DNA of 64,000 nucleotides. Origin: Daphnia carinata. Taxonomy: Eukaryota. The DNA lies in contig NC_081332.1 in the NCBI RefSeq assembly GCF_022539665.2, positions 1,488,001 through 1,552,000 on the forward strand. The letters are read 5' to 3'. Positions within the stretch are counted from its first letter, which is position 1, and each line of letters opens with the position of its first letter. Shown one piece after another: positions 23,915 through 37,998 of the stretch. A model generated the notes under the pieces. It was not told where the DNA came from and did not search any database. It saw nothing but the letters and a program-made list of their open reading frames with translations. The position numbers were made by a program, and so were the translations under genes.

Positions 23915-26900
23915 TTACATGTTTTCAAACTGATCGACACGCCGTTTGGTGTTGCCCTTGCGGATCTCCCGCAGCGTCTTGTACTTGTCGCGGCCCTGCT
24001 TGACATTCTCTTTATGCAGCTTGTCCATAGCAGTTTCTTTCGTTTCGTCCTTGGTGCCGGCCAGATCTTTCTTCAACATCTATAATAAAACGCGGTTAAA
24101 CTATTTTTTTTTTTAATTACACCAATCAAATTAAAATACCTTGAGTTGATTCTGGAGACGTTCGTTCTTTTCAGCCAACGTGAGGCGATCTTCGACCGGG
24201 TCGCGGATCGAATTAATGTCGCTCTCCGATATCAAATCTTTGCCGGCGCTGATGTCACCGTTCGGTGTGTCGTCATCTTCCTCATCCTCCCCTTCATCCT
24301 GTTTTTAAACAAAGATAAGATTAATATTTGGGAAAATTCAAAGCAAATAAAAGGTGGGGGGGGGACGAGTCTTTTATCGATAGCGCCATGACCGAGTGGA
24401 ATGCTTAGGATAAAACATTTATTACGTGATCGCCTTCGTTGACGTGTTGATGCTGTGGGGTAGTCGTTGCAGCAATGAGGGCTGCGGCCGCCTCCTCTTG
24501 CCTCCTCCTAGCTTCTTCCACCTCTTCTTGAAGACGACGCGTTTCGTCGTCCTTGCGTTGAACTTCTTCGGCGATGCGCTGGACTTCCACCTGTTTGGCG
24601 CGGATCTCCTCCTCCAACTTGATCTTCTCGGCCATTTCCATCTCCTTGGCCTCTTCCAGCCGCTTCATCATGTTGTGGAGCTCCTTCTGAGACACTTCCA
24701 GCTCTTCCTTGGCCTTTTGCAGCTGGCGCAGTTGCTCCTCCAGACGGCGGATCGTCTCCTGGGCTTCGAGCAGCTCGCGCTGTCGGCGCTCCATCTCTTC
24801 CTGCATAGACTTGAGCCGGTCGGCGTACTCTTGTTGTTTGCGTTCCGCCATTTCGCGAGCTTGGATCTCGCGCTGCAACTTCTCGCGCTCCTTCATCTTC
24901 GAGCGACGCTCCTCCTGAGCTTGGGCCTTCATCTGCTGGACTTCGATCGTGTCCGGCTTGCGTCGGCGCATGTACAGCTCGTGGTTGCCCATGCACAGGG
25001 CCAAAATACGCTTGTTGATGCGCAGGCGGGGAGCGAAAAAGACGAAATCCGGCGCCTTCTTGTCGATCGGCTTGATAACAAATTTGCGATCATTGAACGA
25101 AATGTTGCGAATCTCCGACCAGGGGAATCCAATCTTTGGCGTCAATCTATTTTCAAAAAAATATGTTATTGAATAATGATTCAAATTGTAGGTGTGATGT
25201 AAAGTATTTACTTGTCATCTTTCTCGTAAATGTTGAGTCCCAGAGCGTCGACGCCGAGCCAGAGCTGCGTGCCCTTCTTGTTCTTGATCTCGAAATAGTT
25301 GACGCCGTACATTTCCAAATCCTGAGCCACTTTCAGGTATTCCATCATGGCATCTTCCCTGCAATAAAGAATTTTTTTTAAAGAAAAAATTATTCTTCAA
25401 GTTCCAACGTAACAAAAGAAAAAGTTAACGGTCTGCGACCGAGCGAATCGGTCCATGAGATCAGCTCGACTGACCACACGTATGTGGTTTATTTTTTTAG
25501 AAACGGGGGGACTAGTACACACACACACACACAGAAACATCTCCCTCGGCTCTTGTTTGGTTTCCGTACCTGAGCATTCCTCCGTGTTCCGCGTGCCAGG
25601 TGGAGATGCGCTCCTCCCACTGCTCCCTCGTCAGATTGTGCTGATCCATGACTCTACAAAAAAAAAAAAAAAAAAGAAGAAATAAATTGGATGACATTTG
25701 AATGGGTGTCTGGGTTAGGTGCAGTACCGTTGCGGAAGGAGACGGTCGTTGGCCAGGTAACCGGAAGAGTGGAGTTCCTTGTCATAGTCGCCGTATTTGG
25801 CCTGGACGGCGTACGAGGCCAACAGGACGGACGTCTCGGGCGGGCAATAAATGTCGTCCGTCAAAATGGCGTTCTTGACCTGCAGGTAAAACAGCCGCAC
25901 CGTAATATCCTGGATCAGCTCTTCGGCCACATCTTCCGGATAAAACTTGGCCCGGAATTTAAACTGAAGTGGACTCTCTTTCTTGACATCTTGATTCAGC
26001 ACCTGAGATATGCCAAAAGTTATTTAGCATCAAATTTTGTTTAAGTTATATACACGTATTGCAACAACAACAACCGGCGACCTATTTAAAACAGCAGTGT
26101 CGACATCAAGCGGATCTAAGGGCTTGTAAATACCACGGGGATAAGAGAGCCTACAAGAGCTGAAATTACATCTTTTCACTTATCTATCTAGGGTGTCTAG
26201 TGTTGTACTACACACTAAATAGCATCAGCGGCGGCAGCAATAGATCTGCTCTTTTTTATATCATTAAGTGTACCTGATCTTGGCAGTAACCTCTGCCCAA
26301 GATAAACCTGAAAACATCCTTGACATAATCGTTGGGCTGTTTACATAATTCGTTGAATAAAAGAAAATTTAATTGATTTTGCAGAGAAAAAGGAGGACGA
26401 TAGTTTTAAGTTTCGTGCATAAATAAATAGTGTCAATATACCTTCTTGTTGAGCTTGAGCCAGGTAGAGTAGCTCTTGCTGTCCGTATACTGGAGTCCAA
26501 AGAACCAGATTTCGCGGAGACCGATCGTCTTGACAACTTGGTCAAACAGCTGCTTGCCCGTTGTCGTCGGCTGGATGGCAAATTCCAGCTCCGCGTCCAT
26601 CGTCGTCACCCGAACATTGACCTAAATTCAAAAGTAGAAACAAAACGTTAAATAAAAAAAAGATCTTTTTAATATAAAAAGCTGTTGGAATTCATTCATT
26701 CGTGTCTAGGCGTTGAACGTGATCAGCGAACCGATCGTTTTTCTTTTCATTCTTTGAATTGGGAGACCCATTGTTTTGTGAACCGACTATAGTTTTAATC
26801 TTCTCTCTCCGACTTGGTAACCAAAGAAAGTCAAGTCTGTCAAGTCTGGCCTGTGTTTTCTATCTCTTATCGCCGGCGCCAGTCCGTTATGGAATGGCAC

Positions 26901-26995
26901 GACGAAACCCACCAAGCCTTGTTCCATACGAGGTCCCCCAGAAAAGGAGCACTAAATTTATTAAACATTCACTATACCTTCTTCTTGTCGCTCAT
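23915..26995 (-). CDS. Moe: Moesin/ERM protein (FERM, coiled coil, C-ERMAD); probable non-coding first exon near 28591-28690
   Basis: [105 protein letters not shown]-terminus [26 protein letters not shown]. Confidence 0.97.
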
Positions 26996-29242
26996 GATGA
27001 ATTCAATCCCACAAAAGGAAAATTTTCAAACTGGTGGAATCACACAAAACACCGACACACACACACACACACAAGAAAACTGACGTGAAAATTGCTTTCA
27101 GTCTGTAACATAGACGAGTATCGGCGTGAGAGAAAAGCCGACAGGTGCCACACACATACACACACACACACCAATATCTAATGACTGCAGTTAGTAGACT
27201 GGCAAGCCGGGGTATATAGTCAAACCCCCGTCTGTATTTGGGTGGGTGCCCTACCCTTTGCGAGTGTGTGTGTGTATGGAAAAACCGTTCGTAGACCGCG
27301 GTTTGCCCAATTGAACAAGTCATCTCTTTCGTCTCCGGTGTTGGCGGTGACGCGCTAGAAAAGAAATTTCCGCCCTGCGTAATCGCTTTTCTCCCCCCCT
27401 CCACCCACCACTTTTTTTTATCGTGTAAAAATACTAGGTCTTTGGAAAGAATGTTCACTCGATTGAATCATCAAAGAAAATAATTGAGAAAAAACAGACG
27501 GATTTAGAGACACGCAATCGTGTGCTACCCGCATTTTGATTTGTGTGTTGAGAGAGAAATAACACAGGCGACCACTTGAACCACGCGATTTCAAAAGCTG
27601 AAGCAACAATTGCAATCCCACCTTCCACCCACTCTTTTTTCACAGCCTAAGAAACTGCGTATGCTAACAAGTCACGAGGTTTGCTAAGAAGGCCGTCACA
27701 TGGCCCAAAGAGCTAAAATTGGCAGCATCTTACGTCACTATACACAACTCACCGATTTCGGCATGTTGGATGATGTTGTTTGCTCTTGGTTTTTTTGCTG
27801 CTTGTTCTCGTCGACGTCTGCCTCTTGTTTGGAGAGTCGGGGTCTTCTTCTGCAAACTCACGCTCGCGCGGACAACACGCACGGAAAACCTGGATTTGGA
27901 AAGAAAGACAACAGGAAGAAATTAATGTCAGAACAGAATGGGGCAGTGGTGGTACAAGAGTTTCAATGGCATATGGTCTACAAATAAAGCACACAGATGG
28001 CCAGCATGTGGGCACACAACTAGATTGATGGGGCTTTGGATTCTACGTATATGTAAGCTGTCAAAACCAGAGTGACTTCCAACACATCCTGTCTATTTGG
28101 CACAAATTACTATTCTTTTAGTCATACTTTTTACGACCGCGTCACAATCTGTAATAGGTTCTTCAAAAACCTTAGATTGTTTGCTTCAGAGTTAAAATTA
28201 AGGGAATTCAGAAGGTATTTGGCTTGGAATGCTACGAGATAGGAGAGGTGATGTCATGGCTGGCCCGTTCAGATCCCAAAGAGATGAGCATTCATTCAGA
28301 CACCTATCTTTTGAGATAGCTATGAATGTCATTGATAGGATGTGGATGAAAATAAGGGAAGGGATAGCTTAAGGCAAGCACTCGAATCAGACGCCGAATC
28401 GTTTTTCGATTTTCACGATTCCCAATGGCGAATACACCAAACACCACTTAAGAAACACACACACCACGCCTATTGTTTGAACGGGCCACCTGATAAACAA
28501 ACATCGAGTTCTTTTCGGCTTTCATGTGCGGAAAAAAGCTAGAAAAATGTTAAATAACTAAAACTGAATAGAATAAAATCGAAATAAGTACCTGTTGCGT
28601 TGACGTGAAAACCACTCTATTGGGGTGACCACTTTTAACGCACACTGGTGAAATCGGCGCGACGACCGTTGGCCCAGAAGAGATCCTCCCCTCTCGTACT
28701 CGTCAATATGGCTACCTCAACTTTTTTTAATTTTTTTTTTTCGTTTTTCAAAGACTTCGCTCCGCCCCCCTGGCGAGCAGAAGAAGCACTATTTTTTTGT
28801 GTAGAACTTGATGTGAAAATTTCCTGGAGAAATTCAATATTTTTAGATAATTTCATTTTATTATTACATGCAAGATTTGTTGATAAACAGGATGTAATAG
28901 GTCGATTGCTTCAAATTTGCGTGTAAATCATCAAAAGTTAATTACCGTGCGAACCCCTGATTAACCTTCATTAACTTTAAATTAAAAAAACGTACTTGTC
29001 TTCAGGAATGAATTCGTGCTTTAAGAATTGACCATAAAGTTTAATGGACATTGATGAAATAATACATCTACAATTGTTTAATGAAAAAAAAAAATGATAA
29101 CATGAAATTAATAATCGATCAATAATACTAGTACATGCAATTGCCACCAGTTTGTTTTCCAAGCCAAAGCATTGTGATTTTCCCTTGTAATACCGGCGTG
29201 TTTAAATTTTACTTTATTAAACAATTCAGTTCGATAATTTCA

Positions 29243-31335
29243 ATGGAGACTTTGTTGGAGCAGCAGAGAAGGTACCATGAAGAAAAAGAACGGATTGTTG
29301 ATTCCATGGTGAAGGAAACCATCTTCAAAAAGACCACTCAGAGGGAGATAATCAACTCGGAACACCGGCAGAAAATCTTGCTTGATGTACGTAAACTTTA
29401 ACTCTATGGGTTCCGTATAAATATTAATGCCACGTCTTCTTTATACAGAGGTATATGGAGAGCACAAGATTGTTGAAGGAAATCTACGAAGACAAGGACG
29501 GCCAGCGAAAAGAAGAAGTTGCCCTTCTCTCCGGACCCAACGAGTTTGTGGAATTCTACAACAGACTCAAACAGATCAAAGAGTTTTACAAAAAGCATCC
29601 CAATGAAGTATTTGTTTTTATCTACAAACATCAAATATTTCTAAAAATTGTTTTATTTCAGATTGCTGTTCCAATGTCCATGGAATTTGATGAATTTGCA
29701 AAGCAGAGAGAGAGCGGAGCTGACGAAACAAACAGTAAGTTAATTTTTTAAAGTAGTGTGCCTTGTAACAACACTAACTTATTCTGTACATTAGATTTGG
29801 TTGATTTCACTGATGAAGAGGGCTACGGAAAATACCTAGATCTCCATGAAAGCTACACCAGATACATCAATTTGAAAGGAATTCAAGTAAGATATTCTAA
29901 GCCTCTAAGAAATTCTAAAAGCAAATTTTACAGTGTTATGACCAAAAAAATACCTCTGTTTATAGAAAGTGGATTACATCAATTACCTGAACATATTCGA
30001 CCGCCTGTTTGATATTCCTCGAGATAAAAAGAATGGCGAATACCGAAACTATCTTCAAGGCTTAGTAGATTATCTGGTTGATTACGTTGCACGCGTGAAA
30101 CCAGTCATGGACCTTGACAATCTTTTCCGCGAAATCGAACAAGATTTCGAAAAAGACTATACAGCGGGGACGTTCCCCGGATGGCCGGTAGGATTCTAAC
30201 TTACCATTATGCGATATAATCATTGAAATGCATTCATATTGTTTACGATATGCAGAAAGAGACTACGGGAAGTGCTTTGGCAAATACAGGTGCTCCGCTT
30301 GATGTATCAGCATTTTCATCTTGGGAGGAACTGGCCTCGTTAGGTCTCGATCGCTTGAAATCGGCCCTGATGGCTCTGGGTCTCAAGTGTGGCGGCACAC
30401 TCGAAGACCGAGCCAAGCGACTTTTCAGTACAAAAGGCCTCCAGGTCGATGAAATTGATAAATCCCTCTTTGCAAAAGGCCAGGGTAAAAATCGAGGAAC
30501 AACCGAGCAGGACAAAGAAGTCGAAAAACACAAGAAAATAGCACTTTTAGAAGCCCAAGTTTACAAGTAATTTTTAATTTTTTTTATACTAAAAATAGAA
30601 TATTTATTCGAAAAATGTTTTATATTTAGACTCGTTGAAATCTTGTCCGAACCACGACATGCCACCAAAGAGAATGTTGAACGAAAACAGGCCCGGACAG
30701 ACGGTGAACGAGAAGAAGAGGAGGAGGACGTTATCGAGGTATATAAATAGCTAAATCATTCATGCATGATGCACGTGATGTTAAAAATAACGCTTTGCAG
30801 GTTCCAGAGGATGAAGATGACGATGACGACGTCCCGTACAATCCAAAGAATTTGCCGCTCGGTTGGGATGGAAAGGTATTGACTTTCGATTACAGCAAAT
30901 ATTCTTTACGTTATCTAATTGATTCGTCTGTTATCTTAAGCCAATTCCGTATTGGTTGTACAAATTGCACGGCTTAAATATTAGCTACAACTGCGAGATT
31001 TGCGGCAACTACACATACAAAGGTCCAAAGGCGTTCCAGCGTCACTTTGCTGAATGGCGTCACGCCCACGGCATGCGATGCTTGGGTATTCCCAACACAG
31101 CTCACTTTGCCAATGTAACAAGGATCGAAGATGCCATTTCACGTAAGTTTATTTTATTTTATTTCTTCGTCTTTGTCTTATTTCTAAATTTTGAACCGCA
31201 GTGTGGACGAAATTGAGGAGTCAAAAGACGTCGGAACGTTTCGTCGCCGATCACGAAGAGGAATACGAAGACTCTATGGGCAACGTCATCCCCAAGAAAA
31301 CATACGAAGATTTGCGCCGACAGGGTCTCTTGTAA
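29243..31335 (+). CDS. SF3A3: Splicing factor 3A subunit 3 (Prp9/noisette), multi-exon
   Basis: [73 protein letters not shown]; zinc finger [36 protein letters not shown]; ends [10 protein letters not shown]. Confidence 0.97.
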
Positions 31336-32370
31336 AATGAAAATCGAATGGAACATGATTCTAAAACAACTCTGGCGCATTTTTACCTTCTCACCAGTTC
31401 CAATTTCAATACAGGTGTTCACATTTTTTTGAGTTAATATGATGCATTTTCAATGCTTATAGCCGCCGTTTGCATAAAGTCCTTTTTAAATTCTTCTTCT
31501 TATGTTCGCAGCTGTAAAGTGAATGGGACAATGCACTGCGATAAGGCCTGTTCCAGATCAATAATTTTACAGCTTGGGTTTTTTTTTACTGCAGCATTGA
31601 GCAAACATACAAATAATGCGTACTCACTTAACCCAGGACAAGAGTAGTATATTAAAGACTGATCCCGTCTGTGAGGGATCAACTGATATGAAAAGCAGGT
31701 GTTGATATGTAAATGCTGAAACCGAGAATCCGGTATCGTTAAGAATGCACGCGTGTAATGTAACGACGGTTTTCCCGAAGACTCACGCAAGACCTTTCGT
31801 TTCACCTTTTATATCACGCAGAAAAAAAAATTTAAAACAAGTAAAAGCTTTATTATTCTTTCATAGTTTTAAAATAATGCATAGGGATTTTAAAAAATAT
31901 TCCCCTTTTCAAAAAAAAATAAGCAGATTAAAAAGAAACCCTAAAATGCTCTAAAGAATGATCCATAGAAGACCAAAGCAGTGCTCCCGCACGAACGCTC
32001 GTACTCTGTACACCTACGGGATGACGACATTCGGGTCACGACAGATATGGCCGATAAGAGATCATACCGTTATTGCTACATCATAAATCTGGGGCTACCT
32101 TAATGACGGTTGTAAACATAACACGTACAAAATCATTGTTTCAGCCATATGAGATATGAAATTTATATATTTCTTTTTTAGTTCGTCTCATTGCCACGAA
32201 CAGAAAACGAAACTATTGAGCAAGAGAGTTTGGAATGAATGTTATCACAATTCGGCATTTGTTATTTTATCAGGATTAACTGAAGTTGACGTTGTGTAGA
32301 TAATACGGTTTATAAGAATGAAACAACAGTGAACGATTGGCATTTTCAGACGCTACTTCTAATCGATAAC

Positions 32371-33551
32371 ATGAAGTCCTTCATCCTCTTGCTGGCTTTA
32401 GCTTTCTCGGCTACAGGTAAGCCTATTTGAACAGTTCAGTTAATTTCATTATGGTGTTTTAATAAAAATGCATTCGTAATAAAAATTGATTTAGCGCTAC
32501 CCGCTCCAAATGATGGTCGCATTAATGGAGGGACGATGGCTAATCCTGGAGATATCCCTTTCATCGTTTCAATCACCGACAGCGATCGCCATTACTGCAA
32601 CGGATTCATCTACAGTGCACGATGGATCATCACAACAGCTTCGTGTGTTGTTGGGTAAGAACAATCAAATGCTAATCTCTAGAACAATGTCTAATTCACT
32701 TATGCAGGAGAACTATATCTAAATTGAAAGTCATTGCCGGTCAAGTGAGTGGAATCAACCCAGATGTTAATGAGCAAAAAATTAGTGTCTACACCATCAC
32801 TGCTTCGCCATTGTACAATAGCACGACCGGATATAACGACATTGCTCTCGTCAAGGTAATATTATGAAGCTATACAATAAAATGCTGTAAGTATTATTTT
32901 TAAACAACTGCTGTGTCAATTTATTATAGCTTACAGCAGACATTGTTTTTGACTATGTCAATGTGGATTTCATCGGATACAATGAGGCAGATGGTAGTCT
33001 GACAGCGACAGCCATGGGATGGGGAGCCACAGTTGTACGTGTAGCTATGTTCAAACATTTCTCATTATTTTATCAAACGTTTTCTTAAAATGGCGGAAAT
33101 AGGACGGAGGACTTGAAACCGTCAATCTTCGCTACGGTGAAGTTGATTTAGTAATTGTGACTTCAACAGACCTATGTGGAGCTTACGACACCACCCAATT
33201 CAATTTTGCAACCATGCTTTGCACTATTGCTACCACTACAACTGGCACAAGTAAGTCGAATTTCGAATCTGCAAATGACGTTTGAATCCAGGAAAAGACA
33301 TATATGAAAATTATTCATCCTTCCATAAAGTTCCTGCTGGTTCTCCTTGTCAATATGATGAGGGATCTCCACTTGTTCAAATGTTTGGCACTGTACCAAC
33401 CGCTGTGGGAATTTTGTCCAAAACGGATGGATGCGCGTCGGACGCTCATGGCGTTTACATCCGCGTATCCGTCTACTATTCATGGATAGCAAACACGGCT
33501 GGTCCGCAGCCAATCAGACCGACACCCCCACCTGCACCGTTCGATGTGTAA
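32371..33551 (+). CDS. Secreted trypsin-fold serine protease homologue, predicted catalytically inactive; ~6 exons
   Basis: Signal MKSFILLLALAFSAT; activation site DGR|INGG; HYCNGFIYSARWIITTASCV (His to Ser); YNDIALVK (Asp retained); GSPCQYDEGSPLV (Ser to Glu); GVYIRVSVYYSWI. Confidence 0.88.
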
Positions 33552-33808
33552 ACAGGTAAACTTGAAACGCATTTGTTGGTCCTGAAATTCGTGTATTTTA
33601 GTAACTACCATGCCGTTCATTTATGACTGGGTAAAGCCAATGTCTTCTTATCTTCGTTGTTCATTCTTATACGTATAGTTACAAATAAATAGCATCGCTT
33701 GTGTGACCTACACACGCAAAAACAACACGAATTTAAATTGCAGAATTTTTATTGAACCTCGTGTCATCCGCTGTAGCCTAGATATGATGGCGAGAACAAT
33801 CTACACAT

Positions 33809-36416
33809 TCAATCTTTCCAATACGTTTTGCGCAAAAGTGCAAAGAAAGCTAAAACACGGAAGCCGACAATCAATCCGCACAAACCAATGATATCGCGAT
33901 AATAAAAGTCCTGTAAGAAATGCGAAGGTTAGAGAATTAAATTAATATGCAAAAATCAGATAAGTACCGGATTATAATCGTAATCTTTCAAGATGTCCTC
34001 CCCGATGCAAACGCTATCAGGGCAGGCGGTATCGTTGAACTGAACACCAACCCATTGATTGATGGAAAGCGCTTCGTTACCGTACATGAACCAAGACAGG
34101 TAACGCATCCAATCGAGATAAGCTGGAACGGCGCTGTTTTGAATATAAAACCCACCAATGTACAACAATGGAGTCACGAGGGGAGTGACTGAATTAATGG
34201 CATTCTCCGTTGAACTGATTAAACACGAAACGAAATAGCCTATTTAAAGAATAATATAAATCAATCATCACACATTTCGAGCAATTGATTTTACCAAAGG
34301 ACGTGACTGCGTTCGTGACGAGGATCATAATTCCACACGCAATGAAAAATCGATCGGCCAACACGTTCAATCCGATAGCGTGATAGGTAATCAAAGTAAA
34401 GATGAAAGGGAATATAAAATCAGCTGGCAGATCGGCCAGCGTTTTGCACAGGAAATAGACATCAGTGCGATACATTTTCATACGATGTTCACGCAGAACT
34501 ATGGGTATTTCGTTCGTGATTACCTTAGACAAACATTCAGACACTAAAACATTCGTAATTTTTCGTTTTACAAAGGACTTACGGTTACAACTCCGTAGAT
34601 GTGTATGAACGTAGCATTGCTAAGGAGTATCAAGATGCCTCCTTGAATGTTCCGAATGCTCACGTATTGTAGGACGTGTCCTTGAAAGATGAGAGCAACC
34701 ATGGCTGCAATACACTGCCGAACGAAAAATGTTCACGTGAAATGAGGGAATGAAGGATTGACATCACAACTTACGATCGTTTGAAACATTTTAACTTTCA
34801 ACGTTGTCGGCTCACGGACCACGGAGATGAGAGATCGCCAAAGGACGGCCTTAAACTGGGCAAACCAGGAGACTTTGTAAAGAGAATTCTGCACATTACT
34901 TCCAGTAAGTTCATTGGTTTCACGATTTATCTGACGTGAATTGATTTTAGCTGTTGCCAAGACAAGACGATTGGCTTCTGAAGATTCGAAAGCATCGCAA
35001 ATCTCGTTGATCTTCTTCTTAGATTCGACTTCCTCGCCCGGCACAGTAGCCAACGTCTGAATGTAGAAATCGGCTGGATTGTAATTAGACGGGCAAGGCA
35101 AACCTCGGCTTAAGAAAAAGGACTTGGCATCGGATACAGGACCGAAGAAAGCCGTCCTTCCTTCTGCCATCAAGAAAATGCGATCAAAGAGATCAAAAAC
35201 ATCGGACGAAGGTTGATGGATGCTGCACACCACCGTCTTCCCAGTTAGCGCAATCTTTTTCAACACCTGTTGATTGAAAATCTGAAATAGTTGATCAAAT
35301 GTCTTACAGCAGGTAGATACTTGAATGATGTTGTTGGCCATGAAAGAATCTAATCCTGACGTGGGTTCATCGCAGAATATCAACGAAGGGTTAGTCAGTG
35401 TCTATATAAAAAAATTCTATCAATTGTGAGCTAGAGTTAATGCAAATTATTAATCAAACCTCTGATGCAAATGCAAGACGTTTCCTCTCACCACCCGAGA
35501 TGCCTTTGATCCCTGTTACTGCATGTCCAATGACCGTGTCCGCACATTTAGCCAATCCTAACTCTTGAATAGCTTCGTTAACACGTTTCATCCGCTCATC
35601 ATAACTGAAGCTTCCATCCATCCGGAGCAAAGCCTGCAATTAAAAGGTTAATTAACTCTTTTGCTCCTCTTTTTTAATCAAATCAATCTACCTGAAATTT
35701 CAAATGTTCTTTGACTGTTAGAGTCGGAATAAACAAATCGTTTTGCTGGACGTATCCAGAGTGTCTGGCCAGCATGTCGATGTCAACTGCTTCGCCATTG
35801 AGATGTCTTTGACCCGTGATCTTCAGTTTGCCCGTGTTCCTGAATGTCAGGCAATTGAGGAGGGTCGTCTTCCCAGCTCCACTTGCTCCCATGAGTGCAA
35901 GAAACTCGCCTGGTCCAACGCATCCACTAACTTTAATAAATTTAAATTCATTTCAATTTGTATTACGTAAAAAGACGTTATTTTATGTGAATACCGTTCT
36001 TGAGGATTTTCTTAGGAACTTGGGGTGAACGAGTGAAGCAGCTGGCCCGTTTTTCTTCTGCATAAACTTCAATGTTGCTCCATGAATACGTCACAGGTAG
36101 AGATTTAAACGAAGGAAACGTTGAATAGCCATGCCCGGCTCTCGTGCTCGAGCCCAAATCGGACTGTTTATACAATAAATTGATTATTATTCGTCAATAG
36201 TGCGACATTGGGTGTTATTTTGTGATGTACTCGAAGAATGTTTAGCTGTTGAACGACCGTTAACTTACCAGCTCCGTGCCAAATCCAAGATTGACAAACG
36301 TGGCTTGATGAGCCACCGAAATATCCTCCTAAAATTACAAACGAAAAGAAAAACAAATGAGCTCACGAAAAGGTTGTTTAACTTGTTAATAATAAACCCT
36401 TTCGATGATTTACCAT
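33809..36416 (-). CDS. White/scarlet-family ABCG half-transporter, multi-exon
   Basis: Walker [13 protein letters not shown]; signature [10 protein letters not shown]; Walker [31 protein letters not shown] domain with [17 protein letters not shown]. The start is inferred as a lone ATG exon at 36416-36414 followed by [11 protein letters not shown]... Confidence 0.92.
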
Positions 36417-36884
36417 TGTAAAGTTGTGTTTTTAGTAAGATACTAAGGCTCTCTTTTGTCGCCGACCTATTCAAAACGCACTTTGGAATAACAATGGAAA
36501 GAACGAGAAAAAAAGCTGCTGTCGCATTACACCGAAATCGTTTTTAGTATTTCATGTTACGGCTAACATATGGGTTGGCAAAAGTCTAGATGGGAGCGCT
36601 AGATAACACATTACGAAAAGAAGGATAGCGAAAACAATATACAAAATGCGAGTCAAGCTAAAAGCAGGTACAGCTGTGCGACTGACTGCGACAAGTGCGT
36701 TCCACAACGAGTCGGCATCATCACGGACTGACGTTCACTCAAGCTCAAAGAAGGGATTCAATTACTATCAATGTCAAAACCATTCCGATTGAGCTCCTCA
36801 TTTTTTGTAATATTGAAACCTATACGTGTGTTGCAAAAGGATGTATACAATCAACATAGTGAATGAAATGTTCCATTTCTTTTT

Positions 36885-37998
36885 TCAAGGATTTGATTCG
36901 CAAATGGCTGGAAATTCCCAGCTGCATATGTGATCGTTCCACCTTTCGTAGCGGATCGTCATGCAATCCTCGTTTCCATTGCTGTCATCGGGTTGGCCGG
37001 TACCCCAATTTGCATGGCCCGGGTATAAGGGAGCGCCGGTGCTCTCTCAAACCCAGTATCCTTCGTTCGGCCAGTCAGTCAATGAAGTCCAGAAAATGCC
37101 GTCTAAACAAAAAATCAAATGATGCTGATGACAATCCATATGAATCAATCGATTATATACCATAGCCCCAAGCGGCGTGAATGGCTTGTTCTTCGGGATA
37201 ACTTTCAAGCGTGAGTAGCTGCATGCCGTTGCTAGAACAGAATCCATACTGATCCGAACGAGTTCTCTACGTTTAACAAAAAACAAAACAAATGACAGTC
37301 GATGTACGAATGGGAAAATACGTTAATTCAAAATATACCAAGGAGAACACTGCGCAATAGCACTACACTTCGTTGAAAATGCGTCCGCATTGGGTTTCCA
37401 ATCCCAAATTAAACGGGCAATCCACAGCCTAGAACATTTTTTTTGAAACTAGACTACATTGAAGTTAAACGATAAATGAAATACCTTTTGAATCTTGAGT
37501 TGGACTTTGGCGGACGTCTTTTTGAATCGCAATAAAGCTGTTGATTGGCTCGAGTAAATGGCCTGAGGCAAATCTTTCTTTTGTACTTCGAAGATCTTCT
37601 GATTGTCCGCACGAAGAATGGGAGCGTCTTCGTTGCTCCCATCGTGAATCTGAATAAAACCCTTTGTTATGTTTTGAAAGCACAAAAATTTAATGTTAAT
37701 GTTACAGTCAGAACATCGTGAGCTTCTCCGATGTTTCCATTCACGACCGTGAAAACTAAAATGCGATTGTCTTGCGTTTGGATGTGCCAAACGCAATCGT
37801 TTTCTAAATGAGCATCTATCATAATTGCATCATCAACGAACACCTGTCCACCGCAAGCTTTGACAAAGTATCAAATTAAATTCAAAGGTATGCAACCATG
37901 CTGGAAGTTCACGCGTTCGACTTACCGGGAAGACGAGGATTGCCTTGAATGCTGGAACTGATTAAAGCCAAAACAATTAAAATCGTAATGCTCACCAT
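36885..37998 (-). pseudogene. Secreted CUB + C-type lectin gene with two in-frame stop codons
   Basis: Signal MVSITILIVLALISS; CUB-like CGG...DCVWHIQT...LTIHDG; lectin domain FWTSLTD...EGYWV*ESTG...NWGTGQPDD...EDC...WNDHIC...ICE. TAG at 37363-37365 and TGA at 37047-37049 lie inside exons. Confidence 0.85.

Noticed and set aside
24426..25172. 248-aa plus-strand ORF and alternative-frame ORFs over moesin
   Set aside because: Antisense or off-frame shadows of the coiled-coil exon.
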